From contig JAGPCK010000009.1 in the NCBI GenBank assembly GCA_018058135.1, positions 2,843-66,842 on the forward strand: 64,000 bases of DNA, in the 5' to 3' direction. Positions 1-10,552 of this stretch are shown in pieces. The notes below the pieces were generated by a model. The model was not told where the DNA came from. It did no database searches and saw nothing but the letters and a program-made list of their open reading frames with translations. The DNA comes from Bacteroidia bacterium. GTDB lineage: Bacteria; Bacteroidota; Bacteroidia; UKL13-3. Numbering within the stretch: position 1 is the stretch's first letter; the number at the start of each line of letters is the position of its first letter. The position numbers and the translations under genes were made by a program.

Positions 1-222
1 ATATGTGCCCATGATAACCCGTTTAACAAAGCTGTTTTGCAAAACGGAGCGTTTTATTTCACTAAAACGACTCAGGTAAGTGAAGCTATTGAAGCAGCTT
101 TAAGCACCAACAAACGCAATGAAATACTGGAGATGAATAAACTCAGAATAACTGCTGAATTCAGTTGGAAGTCTGTTATTGATAAGTATGAAAAACTTTT
201 CCTTTCCACACTTCAACAATAA
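1..222 (+). CDS. glycosyltransferase, C-terminal fragment (5' end lies outside the window)
   Basis: Frame 1 is open from base 1 to TAA at 220-222 (ICAHDNPFNKAVLQNGAFYF...SWKSVIDKYEKLF). It heads a polysaccharide gene run. The fragment is too short for a family call. Confidence 0.5.
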   Translation: MCAHDNPFNKAVLQNGAFYFTKTTQVSEAIEAALSTNKRNEILEMNKLRITAEFSWKSVIDKYEKLFLSTLQQ

Positions 223-250
223 GAACAACTCACTTAAGGAGGTGATTTGG

Positions 251-1465
251 ATGCTTGCTGCAGCGAGTTTTGTGCTGCCTGTTGCTTGGAACAATATTTT
301 ACTGGCGATGGTGTTTATGGTGAATATTCTCACCGGCTCAAACAAAAGTTTTCAATCCAACATCCGCCAACCTGTTTTTTGGGTTCCAATGTTACTATTC
401 GGATGGTATGTTTTAAGTGTGCTCAACAGTACTCACACAACGGAGGCCTGGCATTATGCTGAGCGTAAACTTACACTTTTCCTGCTTCCGCTATCATTTG
501 CTTTTGTGTTAAAGTTGGAGGATAATGTTATTCAAAAAGTACTGAAATGCTACACCGGAAGTGTATTGCTGGCAGCTATGTATTGTCTTCAGCGCGCTTA
601 TGTAATGCACCAATTCACAGGCAGTACGGAATATTATTATTACCACAATTTATCCGATTTTATATCAGTGAATGCAATTTATTTCTCGGCTTACGTTGCT
701 TTTGCTATATCGTTGTTGTGGGTGAACCGAAGGTCTTGGCAACTCAATACTATTCTTTGGGCCGGTATACTACTTTTTCTGATCTGTATCCTATTTCTGC
801 TGGCGTCTAAGTTGGTACTTGTAGTTTTATTCCTGTTTTTGGCAGCTCAACAATTTATCACCGGTTGGTCACTTAAAAAACGGGTAATTGCCGGCATGGC
901 TACTGTTGTTTTAGTCCTGATTTTATTTTTATCCAATCAATTTGTATTGAAGCGATACCTGACAGAATGGAACACAGATTTTTCTGTGGTTAAACAGGAG
1001 CAGTATTTTTACAACACACCATTCAGTGGCAGTAGTTTGCGGTTGGTATTGTGGAAGCATTCGCTTCACATTATAAGGGAGCAACAGGCCTGGATAGCAG
1101 GTGTTGGAACAGGTGATTTTCAAGACTTATTAAATCAAAGGTATCTTGAATCAGGGATGTTTATGGGTGACCAACGCAGAGGGGATAAGGGGTATGAAGG
1201 TTACAACCCGCACAACCAGTATGTGGAGGCTTTTTTATCAACCGGGGCATTGGGTTTAAGTTGTCTTTTGTTTTGGTTGGTTTGTTTATTTCTGCAATCA
1301 TACAAGGTAAGAAAACCCGAATACTCATACTTAATTGTTTTTGTTTCAGTGCTTTGCCTTACAGAGTGTTTTCTTAGTGCGAATAAAGGAATAGTATGGT
1401 TTGTGTTTTTCAGCTACCTGTTGGTAAATACAAAACCAAATACGGTGAAAGGCGATTTAAAATAG
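251..1465 (+). CDS. O-antigen polymerase/ligase-like polytopic membrane protein (Wzy_C-type)
   Basis: About 10 hydrophobic helices plus a loop, AGVGTGDF...YNPHNQYVEAFLSTGALGL, typical of the O-antigen ligase/polymerase domain. The start at ATG 251 was chosen because it lies after the upstream stop (220-222); ATG 188 is an alternative. Confidence 0.65.
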   Translation: MLAAASFVLPVAWNNILLAMVFMVNILTGSNKSFQSNIRQPVFWVPMLLFGWYVLSVLNSTHTTEAWHYAERKLTLFLLPLSFAFVLKLEDNVIQKVLKCYTGSVLLAAMYCLQRAYVMHQFTGSTEYYYYHNLSDFISVNAIYFSAYVAFAISLLWVNRRSWQLNTILWAGILLFLICILFLLASKLVLVVLFLFLAAQQFITGWSLKKRVIAGMATVVLVLILFLSNQFVLKRYLTEWNTDFSVVKQEQYFYNTPFSGSSLRLVLWKHSLHIIREQQAWIAGVGTGDFQDLLNQRYLESGMFMGDQRRGDKGYEGYNPHNQYVEAFLSTGALGLSCLLFWLVCLFLQSYKVRKPEYSYLIVFVSVLCLTECFLSANKGIVWFVFFSYLLVNTKPNTVKGDLK

Positions 1466-1560
1466 CTTGATAATGTATTACTTTGCAGCACTTAACAGTA
1501 GTGAAAATATCAGAAGCATATAATATAAATGGGGAAGATGTTCCCGTACAATTGGTATTG

Positions 1561-2211
1561 ATGAAAAACCTAACAATTTATCAAGAAGAAAACAATCACT
1601 TGTCAATAGTCAGGTTCCCCGGTAGTTTTGTTAAAAGGGCTGCAGATATTGTGTTTTCTTTGCTGGTGATTGTTTTGCTACTCAGCTGGCTTCTTCCTTT
1701 ACTGGCTGTCTTAATTAAATTATCATCAAAAGGGCCGGTGTTTTTTGTGCAGCAAAGAACAGGGCGATACAATGTACCTTTTAACTGCTATAAACTGCGC
1801 TCCATGATAGTAAATGAGACATCTGATTTACAGCAGGCTTTTCATGGCGATCCACGTGTTACTCTTGTAGGTAAATTACTCAGAAAATTGAGTCTGGATG
1901 AATTGCCTCAGTTCTTCAATGTATTGGCCGGTGAGATGTCATTAGTTGGTCCAAGGCCACACATGTTGCACCACACCAACATTTACACACAGGATGTTGC
2001 TGAGTACCCTAAACGTTTGTTGGTGAGACCCGGCATAACCGGACTTTCACAGGTAGAAGGATACCGTGGTGAAATTCGCAACCACCGCATGATCAGGAAT
2101 AGGGTGGTACTTGATATATTTTACATTAAACGCTGGTCTATGTGGCTGGATTTAGTAATCATTCTAAAAACGATTAAGTTAGTTTTGTTTGGTGATGAAA
2201 AGGCTGTTTAA
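1561..2211 (+). CDS. undecaprenyl-phosphate sugar phosphotransferase (bacterial sugar transferase family, WbaP/WcaJ C-terminal type)
   Basis: One N-terminal TM helix, then DELPQFFNVLAGEMSLVGPRP and RPGITGLSQV signature blocks. ATG 1561 is preferred over the TTG at 1483 used by the ORF track. Confidence 0.9.
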   Translation: MKNLTIYQEENNHLSIVRFPGSFVKRAADIVFSLLVIVLLLSWLLPLLAVLIKLSSKGPVFFVQQRTGRYNVPFNCYKLRSMIVNETSDLQQAFHGDPRVTLVGKLLRKLSLDELPQFFNVLAGEMSLVGPRPHMLHHTNIYTQDVAEYPKRLLVRPGITGLSQVEGYRGEIRNHRMIRNRVVLDIFYIKRWSMWLDLVIILKTIKLVLFGDEKAV

Positions 2212-2245
2212 CAGACGTTAAATTTTTTTGACTTTCTTTATAGGG

Positions 2246-3817
2246 ATGATGAAACTGAATTTTGTAACTAAAGTGTATGCTTCTCTCTCCCATTTACTTA
2301 GAAGATTATTTCCTCAGCATCCGATCGAAGGTTTAACATCCGGATTTAATCGATTTTATTATGCACCTTTAGTTGTTGTTTTACTTGCGCTGGTCATAAA
2401 TTCCATTAATAAGCCAATAGGAGATTTCGGAAATTATTATTACGGATCTGCTTTTTTGCAGGATGGCCAGTTTGGCGACTGGGTATATAATCCATCACTT
2501 TTTAACCTCAAGATTTTTGAACTTGGACAGCGTGATTTTTTTCTAAACTATAACCCGCCCCCTTTAGTAGTCGTTTTTTATTTGCCATTCACATTTTTCA
2601 ATATCTTTTGGGCTAAAGCTGTATGGAATTTATTGAACTGTATGCTGCTTGTTGTTTGTCTATACAGAGTTCAAAAATCCTTTTTAGTTCAACCAATCAT
2701 AATAATGCTTATTCCTCTTTTATTTTTCTTGCCCATAAAGAGCAATATCATAGACGGACAGTCCTATTTTTTACTGTTATTTTTATTAGTTGAGGGGTTT
2801 ATCCAGTATCAAAAAGGCAACAGCTGGCTTATGGCCTTTTTGTGGTCTATTTCAATTCTGCTGAAAATATTTCCGGTATTTGTGATGCTGTTTTTATTTT
2901 TCAATAAAGAATACAAAGGTTTAATAAAGTTAATGGTATGCGTTGTTGGCTTAGTTATACTGTCACTGTCCATTGTTGATTATTCCGTATGGTATTATTA
3001 TGTAAAGACTATACTGCCCAAACTATTGGCTGGTGAAATTAACCATACTTATTCAACAAATTACCAGAGTTTACAGGTATTGCTTAAAACGGTTTTTGTG
3101 CCTGATAAGTTTCAGAATCAGCATGCATGGTTCAATAACCCGTATGTGTACCATAAGCTGTTGTTGGCTTTTAAAGTGGTTATTCTAAGCATTACTGTTT
3201 ATTCAACATTTTCGAAAATATCAAAACCGGCTAAATTCTCATTTTGGCTTTTAGCTAATTTTTTGGTTAGCGGACATGGAAATTCTTTTGGTTTAATTCT
3301 GCTGCTTATTCCTCTTGTTTTTGTTTTAAAGGATGTAGCAAAACCTAAACGTTCTGATCTTTTATTTATAATGTGTATTGTGCTGATACTAATAATGCCG
3401 TTTTATTGGTTTTCACATCTGCCACTGTTGTTGCAGTTTCCACGTTTATACTTATTACTTTTACTCTTTGGTTCTATGCTCTATCTGTATCAGGTTAAGC
3501 CCAACAGAGTTGTAGTACTTGTTATAGCCGGAAGCCTTTTTTTTCCTGTCTCCGGCAAAGTATATCCTCAAAACTATGCACTAGAACAGGATGTTTCAGG
3601 ATTGATATATGGTTTTACCTTGGATAAAGATACTTTTATTGTAAATGCATTTGACCGCTCAGGGCCATATGAAAAAAGAATTGCCTCGGTTAACAAAGGA
3701 ATAAAGAAAGTAACCTGGATTCAATTCAGGAAATCTTGTCAGATAAATGATTCTCTGGTTGTTTATTTATCGGATGAAGACAGAGGCTTTGGTTTTCAAA
3801 CGCTTCGTTTTAAATAA
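2246..3817 (+). CDS. large polytopic membrane protein, GT-C-like (DUF2029/GT87-like) candidate glycosyltransferase
   Basis: More than 10 predicted TM helices in a polysaccharide-locus context. No catalytic motif was verified by eye. Confidence 0.45.
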   Translation: MMKLNFVTKVYASLSHLLRRLFPQHPIEGLTSGFNRFYYAPLVVVLLALVINSINKPIGDFGNYYYGSAFLQDGQFGDWVYNPSLFNLKIFELGQRDFFLNYNPPPLVVVFYLPFTFFNIFWAKAVWNLLNCMLLVVCLYRVQKSFLVQPIIIMLIPLLFFLPIKSNIIDGQSYFLLLFLLVEGFIQYQKGNSWLMAFLWSISILLKIFPVFVMLFLFFNKEYKGLIKLMVCVVGLVILSLSIVDYSVWYYYVKTILPKLLAGEINHTYSTNYQSLQVLLKTVFVPDKFQNQHAWFNNPYVYHKLLLAFKVVILSITVYSTFSKISKPAKFSFWLLANFLVSGHGNSFGLILLLIPLVFVLKDVAKPKRSDLLFIMCIVLILIMPFYWFSHLPLLLQFPRLYLLLLLFGSMLYLYQVKPNRVVVLVIAGSLFFPVSGKVYPQNYALEQDVSGLIYGFTLDKDTFIVNAFDRSGPYEKRIASVNKGIKKVTWIQFRKSCQINDSLVVYLSDEDRGFGFQTLRFK

Positions 3818-3923
3818 GGTATTTTGCAGGTAAGCTGAATTTATAAATCAGAAATTGATATTGAAGCAGTTTGCCAGATGAATCAATTTAACTAGTGTTT
3901 TTCACATGGATTAAAACAATCTT

Positions 3924-5342
3924 TTAAACTTCAGTTAAACCTGTTGCATTAATTTTTGAACGTTCCTGGTAGTTATCATAATCTGTATTTACATCCCACA
4001 GGTTATGGTTGCTGTTTTGTATAATATTTTCAGCTGTCATAATCCCCATTAAAATGCTATGATCCTGGTTATTGTATTTGAATGAACCTGTTCTGCCAAT
4101 AACACTCAAATTGGCTATACTACTCAGGTATTTTTCTATTGGTTTAAGGTGGTCCTTATATTTCAGGTTATAAACGGGGTAACAATTTTGAATTTTGTAC
4201 ACATATCCGTCCAGTACTTTTACTCCATTAACCAGATTAATTTTCTTAAACTCATCTTTAGCCAATTCAATTAAAAAATCATCATTCGCATTCCACAGAG
4301 AGTCGGTGTTACTGCACCAATATTCCATTACAATTATGGTTGTTTTTTGTTCCCTGTTTATTTCAGGAACAAAGTTTCTGAAATTGGTTATTCGCCCCGT
4401 TTTAACATCTTCAGAGTGAACATAAATCCAATTATCTGGAAATAGGTCAGTTCCTTCCAGATTGAGATATACTAAAATGGTGTTGCGAAATGAAAGTTTA
4501 TTTATACAAGCTAAAGTATCATTTGGTGTATCGTGCCATTGTTTTACCAGATGAGTTATTGGCATGGTTGATACAACATGATCATAGTGTACTACTTCAT
4601 CATTTTGCAAAACAACACCGGTTACTACCTTATCTGTTTTTTGAACATACTTTATTGGGGTATTACACTTTACCTTCCCTCCGTTTTCATTGATATACTT
4701 TTGCATTCGCTCATATATCATTCCAGTACCCTCATGTGGGTAAGCAAACTGATCAACAAGTGTTTTGTGCTGCACAGAACCAATTCCCAAGGCTTTTTTA
4801 ACGGCCTCGCCCAAGGAAAACTTTTTTATACGTTGAGCTGCAAAATCTGCATCCAGTTCATTGCACTTTATTCCCCATAGTTTTTCACTGTATGATTTAA
4901 AGAATATCTCAAACATTCTTTTGCCAAATCTTTTTATTACCCAGCTTTCAAAAGTTCCGTTTTGTTTTGTTGGTTTGATTTTCTCCTTTAAATAGCTCAA
5001 TACACAGTATGCAGATGATACAAATCCCAGTTTACTCAAAACATCAAAAGCTTTTACAGGATACTGGTACAGTTTATTTTTATAATATATACGCGTCAAT
5101 CTGTTAACCATTCTGTAGTCAGTACCTGCAAGTTCCAACCATAAACTGTTTACACGAGTATCTTCACTAAAAAATCGATGAGGCCCCAAATCTACTCTTT
5201 GTCCCCATAAGTCTATTGTTTTAGCAAGCCCCCCAACCTGAGCGGATGTTTCATACAGATCTACTTCAACTCCCTGTTTTACCAATTGATAGGCACAAGT
5301 AATACCGGCTGGACCAGCACCTATAATGGCTACTTTTTTCAT
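3924..5342 (-). CDS. FAD/NAD(P)-binding oxidoreductase (amine-oxidase / UDP-galactopyranose-mutase-like fold)
   Basis: N-terminal dinucleotide-binding motif KVAIIGAGPAGITCAYQL...YETSAQVGGL. 472 aa. Confidence 0.8.
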   Translation of the reverse strand: MKKVAIIGAGPAGITCAYQLVKQGVEVDLYETSAQVGGLAKTIDLWGQRVDLGPHRFFSEDTRVNSLWLELAGTDYRMVNRLTRIYYKNKLYQYPVKAFDVLSKLGFVSSAYCVLSYLKEKIKPTKQNGTFESWVIKRFGKRMFEIFFKSYSEKLWGIKCNELDADFAAQRIKKFSLGEAVKKALGIGSVQHKTLVDQFAYPHEGTGMIYERMQKYINENGGKVKCNTPIKYVQKTDKVVTGVVLQNDEVVHYDHVVSTMPITHLVKQWHDTPNDTLACINKLSFRNTILVYLNLEGTDLFPDNWIYVHSEDVKTGRITNFRNFVPEINREQKTTIIVMEYWCSNTDSLWNANDDFLIELAKDEFKKINLVNGVKVLDGYVYKIQNCYPVYNLKYKDHLKPIEKYLSSIANLSVIGRTGSFKYNNQDHSILMGIMTAENIIQNSNHNLWDVNTDYDNYQERSKINATGLTEV

Positions 5343-5639
5343 TTACCTGATAGTTTATAACTAAGCAATAATAGTAAATTTATCATTACAATTATGCTGT
5401 TGTTTTTACTGTTTATTTTCAGGGTTTCATCTCTTTTATACCTACTATTTTCCGGTATCTTCATTGAAGCATTTGAATGAAAAGTGTACATTAATATTCA
5501 GTTTGCTTTCAATTATTCAACTCTTACGTGTTAAGGGGTTCAATATTTATTCCTTTTATTTGCACATATATTTATTTTCCCAAATGAATTCATTTTTTTC
5601 AAATAAGTATGGAAGGTTACTTTACTGCATTTATTTCTA

Positions 5640-6806
5640 ATGAGAAATTCTGATTATTTCTATAGTATATCAAGGAGTATTCTCGGGCCTTTGCAATTAT
5701 TTGTGCTTTCTCTGCTGGTTATACATTTTACTTCACTTTCCAATTGGGGCGCTTTTATCAGTATCTACCTGGTTTGGTCAGTTTGTGTATTACTTATCAA
5801 TTCCGGTACAAAAGAATTTCTCGTAAAATCAATCAGTTTAAATCCCTCATCCATTTGGCTTTTTGCATCAAACAATACCAGCATCAGGTTTATTTTCAGT
5901 ATACTTTCCGCACTGGTAGTCTTATTTATTCCACTGGGCAGCACCCCGGAAAAAGTGATGATGATGTCAGTAATTGTGCTCAGGGTATTCACTTCTACTT
6001 TTGAAGGACTAATTGTATATCAAAAAGTATTTAAGCAGTCTTTTTTTGCAGAGCTTTTATCCTTGCTGTTGATTTGTATTTTAACAGCCATTGGCAAATA
6101 CTATGGCTTTTTGCAACCCGTGTATATTCTCGCTTATATTGTTATGGGTGACATTTTTAAAATGGTTATCTATGAACATAATTTAAAACTCTTTAAAAAT
6201 TATTCTGTCAACTCATTTTCTGTTTTACAGAGCATAAAAGAATTGCTTCCGTTTTTAGGAGCCGGTATTCTTGGACTTGTTATGAACAAAGCCGACTTAT
6301 ATATATTCGGACTATTTGTAACCGATAGAGAACTTATTGCTCAATACCATATTTTAAACACGTTTAGTAACCTGCTTTTGATTACGGTAAGTGCGGCACT
6401 TTCAGTAAGAAATAAAGTGATCTTCAGGGTATCATTAAATAAACTCAAAACCATTCAACGGGTCTATCTGAAATATTCTTTGGGCTTAATTCTATCAGGG
6501 GGGATTTTCTTTTATCTGTTATCGCCTTTTTTGTTTCAGTATAAGATTACACTCGTTCAACTTTTGCTCATTATGCTTACTGTTTTACTGTTCAGTAGTT
6601 ATGCACTTTATATTTATGTTCTGCTCAGGGTAGATAAGATGAAACAGGTTAACTCTATGGTATTAGTAAGTGGAGTTACAAACGTTGTTTTGAATATATT
6701 GCTAATACCCTACTATCACATTGAAGGGGCCTTAATGGCAGTAACAATTTCAAATACGGTGATGCTTTTTTTAACCTATCGTAAAGTTAGAGCGTATATT
6801 TCATAA
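5640..6806 (+). CDS. polysaccharide flippase-like membrane protein (Wzx/MOP superfamily)
   Basis: About 12 hydrophobic helices across 388 aa. Located in the polysaccharide locus. Confidence 0.55.
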   Translation: MRNSDYFYSISRSILGPLQLFVLSLLVIHFTSLSNWGAFISIYLVWSVCVLLINSGTKEFLVKSISLNPSSIWLFASNNTSIRFIFSILSALVVLFIPLGSTPEKVMMMSVIVLRVFTSTFEGLIVYQKVFKQSFFAELLSLLLICILTAIGKYYGFLQPVYILAYIVMGDIFKMVIYEHNLKLFKNYSVNSFSVLQSIKELLPFLGAGILGLVMNKADLYIFGLFVTDRELIAQYHILNTFSNLLLITVSAALSVRNKVIFRVSLNKLKTIQRVYLKYSLGLILSGGIFFYLLSPFLFQYKITLVQLLLIMLTVLLFSSYALYIYVLLRVDKMKQVNSMVLVSGVTNVVLNILLIPYYHIEGALMAVTISNTVMLFLTYRKVRAYIS

Positions 6807-6820
6807 GGAGTGCGAACCGT

Positions 6821-8065
6821 TTACTTTGTTGGCTGTTTAATCTTCTCTAAAATCAGTTCTGCCAGCTTTTGATTCATCGCTTTTGAATAATGGGTAAGAT
6901 CAACATACGGGTGGGTACAAAGGTTATGAGCATACGATAAATCATAGTAATGGGGTAATAGTTGATGTTTAATAGCTGTGCTAACTGAATGATACACCGG
7001 TTTTACATTTTTGTAAAGCCGAACATCGTCTTTAAAGGCAACAGTATCTTTAATAAATGGATTACTGCCCAAAAACGGACCAATGGGTTGTATAAAAACA
7101 ACAAATTCGAATTGGTACGCTTTGCTCAGTGCTTCTAAGAGTAGGAGGTTTGATTGAAAGTATTGGATCAGCTTTTTTGAAGAGATGGATGTATTTTTAG
7201 GTTGATGCAACAGTATTTCGTTGGCATAATAATGTAATACGGGTTGTTGAGTATAAAGAGAGTTCACTTGAGTGAAATTACCCAACACTTGAGCGTTAAT
7301 GCTTCCGTTTTTAATCAAATACTGTGCGAGGTATTGGTAATATAACTTTACTACGGGCAGGGCATAAAATAAATTTTTATTTAAACCTATTGTGCCGATG
7401 CTAAAATTGTGTGCGTACGCATTAACAGATCTGTTGGGTGTTTCATGTGCCTCAAAATTACTTTCTGTTATCTTATACAAATCATTCAGTCCATCTAAGA
7501 AAATTACTTTTGACGGCCGGTACCCTTTTTGTAATAACAACAATAGTTTTTCAATTTCCAGTTTTTGGTGATTACTCAACCCGCCAAAATTGATATACGT
7601 GTTACCCGGGTCCATTTTATTTAAGAAATAAGGAATGGTTTCATCATCGGTTACACCATCGCCAAAAACTGTGCTTCCGCCAAATACCCAGGTGCTGTTA
7701 TTTATTTTAGCCTTAATGTTGTGTTGGTTAACTAAAGAGTTGTACCTGCAATTTTCAAAACCTACATGGTAAAAATTTCCTGAACAGGGCATGGTCATAA
7801 ACTCCATCATGGGGTGAGCGGTTACATTTGGTCGTTCCCGGTATATAGCCGCAATTTCTTCAGTTGCTTTTCCATCATGAATAGTACGGATCAAATCAGG
7901 ACTGTTTTTTAATAACTGCTCAGGAGTATAATATAAATTTTCTGCTTGGGTATCACTCACAGGCGAGGGGATGAAATAGGCAATTATATTAATCAGAAGG
8001 AAAAGAATGCAGGTATTGGCAAAAACAGTGGTAACAGTTGAATATGTTAGTTGTATTTTTTTCAT
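6821..8065 (-). CDS. membrane-anchored SGNH/GDSL-like hydrolase candidate
   Basis: N-terminal TM helix after MKKIQL. WVFGGSTVFGDG is block-I-like and FLDGLNDL is a GxND-like block. The start was trimmed to ATG 8065. Confidence 0.4.
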   Translation of the reverse strand: MKKIQLTYSTVTTVFANTCILFLLINIIAYFIPSPVSDTQAENLYYTPEQLLKNSPDLIRTIHDGKATEEIAAIYRERPNVTAHPMMEFMTMPCSGNFYHVGFENCRYNSLVNQHNIKAKINNSTWVFGGSTVFGDGVTDDETIPYFLNKMDPGNTYINFGGLSNHQKLEIEKLLLLLQKGYRPSKVIFLDGLNDLYKITESNFEAHETPNRSVNAYAHNFSIGTIGLNKNLFYALPVVKLYYQYLAQYLIKNGSINAQVLGNFTQVNSLYTQQPVLHYYANEILLHQPKNTSISSKKLIQYFQSNLLLLEALSKAYQFEFVVFIQPIGPFLGSNPFIKDTVAFKDDVRLYKNVKPVYHSVSTAIKHQLLPHYYDLSYAHNLCTHPYVDLTHYSKAMNQKLAELILEKIKQPTK

Positions 8066-8298
8066 TCTGTGGCAAGTTAATAAAATATCATTTAAGTAAA
8101 TTAATTGGAGTGGCCAAGGTTGTACAAAGCCGTTCGTCAATTTTGTAGGTTCGTATTTTGTTTAGTATCAACTTCATGGACTTACTTTTGCCTCAATAAT
8201 CACACAGTTTTCTTTCATAAAGATTACTTGCTTTTTGAGCACAAAAACATTTTCTTGCTTTACATTTACACAAGCTTATTTAATTCAAATCTACCGGG

Positions 8299-9465
8299 AT
8301 GAGGTCATTCGTATTTTTAACATTTACACTATTGCTTTGTGTTATTGTTACCGACTCCTGCAAGCATGAGTACGAAGAAACTGCCTTTAGTGATGAGGGA
8401 ATTACACTTAGATTGCGTTGGAACCCATCATATACCGGTGAAACAGCCGCAGATGCTGAAATTGCCCTTAAGTGGACGATCTCTTACCTGGGGGCTGAGT
8501 TGCCCAAAGGGAGTTTTGCCCGCACAGTAAAATGGGAAGATGACAGAATAATGCTGGTTAACCTCTCTCAAGCCGGTTTTAGTAAAAAGGCAGAGGTATT
8601 ACTGTTAAAACTAGTGCAGTTGCTTAAAATGTCGCAAGAGTATACGGTTAACAAGAGTATAGATTTGGGCCGTTTTATTTCCTTAACCATTGGTTCATCT
8701 CATCACTATTATCAAATAACTGATGTGGCTCCGCAATATTCCTCTTACAGAAGTAATTTTATTTTTGACATCAACCGTTATGCGCTTACTTCTTCTACCA
8801 TCAGTATAGAGCAACGTATGATTGAAGCAGGTATTTCCAATGTTTTGTCCCTTCCCGCATTTATTGCACATGAGGGCAGAGGTAGTTTGGCTAACGGTAC
8901 TTTCAATGTAAAAGAACAAGAGGTAATAGATGTTATGCGCAACGGCCAGGTGAGAGTTGCCATTTACAAAGCCGATGGTGGAACACTTGATGAAGCAGCC
9001 GACACAACCGTTTCTCTGGGAGGTAAACCAGCCAAATGTCTTTGGTGCCATGAGCTGTACTTTAACCCTTCCTTTTCCATAAATACCACAAATGTTCCCG
9101 GGTATTATACCTTTCAGCAATTTCAGCAAACTGTGGCTAACAGCATGAGCATTTTGAATCAATACCGCTCACAACTTAATGGTGACATTGATTTTGCTCA
9201 ACTTCAGGAACACGCTAAAATGGAAATTACTTACATCAGCTTTATGGAACCTTCGGCAAATAGATTAGCTTTGGAATGGAATAAAAGTATAGAAGAAGTA
9301 AAAACCATTATGGCCGGTTTGCCCACACATATTTATCCTGAATTTCCGTTTTTGGGGCAATTGTATTACCGAAGTGATGCTGATGCCAGATCTGCTTACA
9401 CTACCGTAAAAGTACCCGATTCAATCAGGGAGAAGTCAAATTATGAACCCGATTTACTGAAATGA
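8299..9465 (+). CDS. hypothetical lipoprotein with a single CxxCH motif
   Basis: Lipoprotein-type signal (LLLCVIVTDSC). CLWCH at nt 9037-9051. No other recognisable domain. Confidence 0.5.
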   Translation: MRSFVFLTFTLLLCVIVTDSCKHEYEETAFSDEGITLRLRWNPSYTGETAADAEIALKWTISYLGAELPKGSFARTVKWEDDRIMLVNLSQAGFSKKAEVLLLKLVQLLKMSQEYTVNKSIDLGRFISLTIGSSHHYYQITDVAPQYSSYRSNFIFDINRYALTSSTISIEQRMIEAGISNVLSLPAFIAHEGRGSLANGTFNVKEQEVIDVMRNGQVRVAIYKADGGTLDEAADTTVSLGGKPAKCLWCHELYFNPSFSINTTNVPGYYTFQQFQQTVANSMSILNQYRSQLNGDIDFAQLQEHAKMEITYISFMEPSANRLALEWNKSIEEVKTIMAGLPTHIYPEFPFLGQLYYRSDADARSAYTTVKVPDSIREKSNYEPDLLK

Positions 9466-10550
9466 GTTTAAGCACTAAATTATCAGGCCTTAACAGACGG
9501 TTATATCCGCAGCACCTTTTTTATGCTCCTGAGTGGCTGGTGTTGGGTGTAAACAATGTATGTAACCTGCATTGTAAAATGTGTGATGTAGGCATTGGGA
9601 ACAAAGAAACCAACTTTGCCCAAAACCTTACCGGAAGTAAGCCGTTGAACATGCCTTTGGAGTTAATTACAGATATTATTCAACAGGCGGGTAAGTATTA
9701 TCCTAAGGTTAAAATAGGGTATGCTTTTACTGAGCCTTTGGTATACCCTCATTTTATTGAATCGTTACATTTAGCCGGGCAAAACAATCTTTTTACCGCA
9801 GCCACAACTAACGCACTTACCTTACCGCAAAAGGCTGAGGGAATTTGCAAAGCAGGATTAAAAGAAATTAATATCTCACTTGACGGGCCGCAGGATATTC
9901 ATAATTACATTCGGGGAAACAAAAACTCTTTTCAAAAGGCCATTGAGGGTATAGAGAAATTGATAAGTTTTGATAAGCGACCTGATATCTCCGTATTTTG
10001 TGTAATAACGGAATGGAACGTTCCCTATCTGGTAGATTTTTTGAAAATATTTAATGCCTATCCGCTTAAGCAAATCGGGTTTATGCATACCAATTTTACC
10101 CCCGATTGGTTGGCCACAGAACACAACAAACAGTTTGGACATTTGTACCCCGCTACACTGTCCAATACGGAAGAGATTAATATAGAGAAAATGAACCTGG
10201 AGTTGTTGTGGGAACAATTGCAGGAAATTAAATCGACTGAATGGAATTTCCCGGTATCCTGCTCACCCGAAATTGGTTCCTTAACTAAACTGAAAGAGTT
10301 TTACTTAAATCCGGAGATTCCGTTTGGCAAAAAATGCAATGATGTGTTTCGAAACATCATGATTAAAACAGACGGTTCAGTTATACCGGCCCATGGCCGA
10401 TGCTTTAATCTTACTCTGGGCAATTTGCACCAACAAAGTTTACCCCAAATTTGGAACAGTGCGGTGTATTCTAAATTCCGTAAAACACTCAACAATGCCG
10501 GTGGCTTGTTCCCGGCTTGCAACAGGTGTTGCAGTGCTTTTAATGATTAA
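9462..10550 (+). CDS. radical SAM enzyme with Cys-rich C-terminal (SPASM-like) extension
   Basis: CNLHCKMC matches the CxxxCxxC cluster motif. The C-terminal Cys-rich tail reads GRCFNL...PACNRCCSAF. The start overlaps the upstream stop (ATGA at 9462-9465). Confidence 0.85.
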   Translation: MSLSTKLSGLNRRLYPQHLFYAPEWLVLGVNNVCNLHCKMCDVGIGNKETNFAQNLTGSKPLNMPLELITDIIQQAGKYYPKVKIGYAFTEPLVYPHFIESLHLAGQNNLFTAATTNALTLPQKAEGICKAGLKEINISLDGPQDIHNYIRGNKNSFQKAIEGIEKLISFDKRPDISVFCVITEWNVPYLVDFLKIFNAYPLKQIGFMHTNFTPDWLATEHNKQFGHLYPATLSNTEEINIEKMNLELLWEQLQEIKSTEWNFPVSCSPEIGSLTKLKEFYLNPEIPFGKKCNDVFRNIMIKTDGSVIPAHGRCFNLTLGNLHQQSLPQIWNSAVYSKFRKTLNNAGGLFPACNRCCSAFND

Positions 10551-10552
10551 CC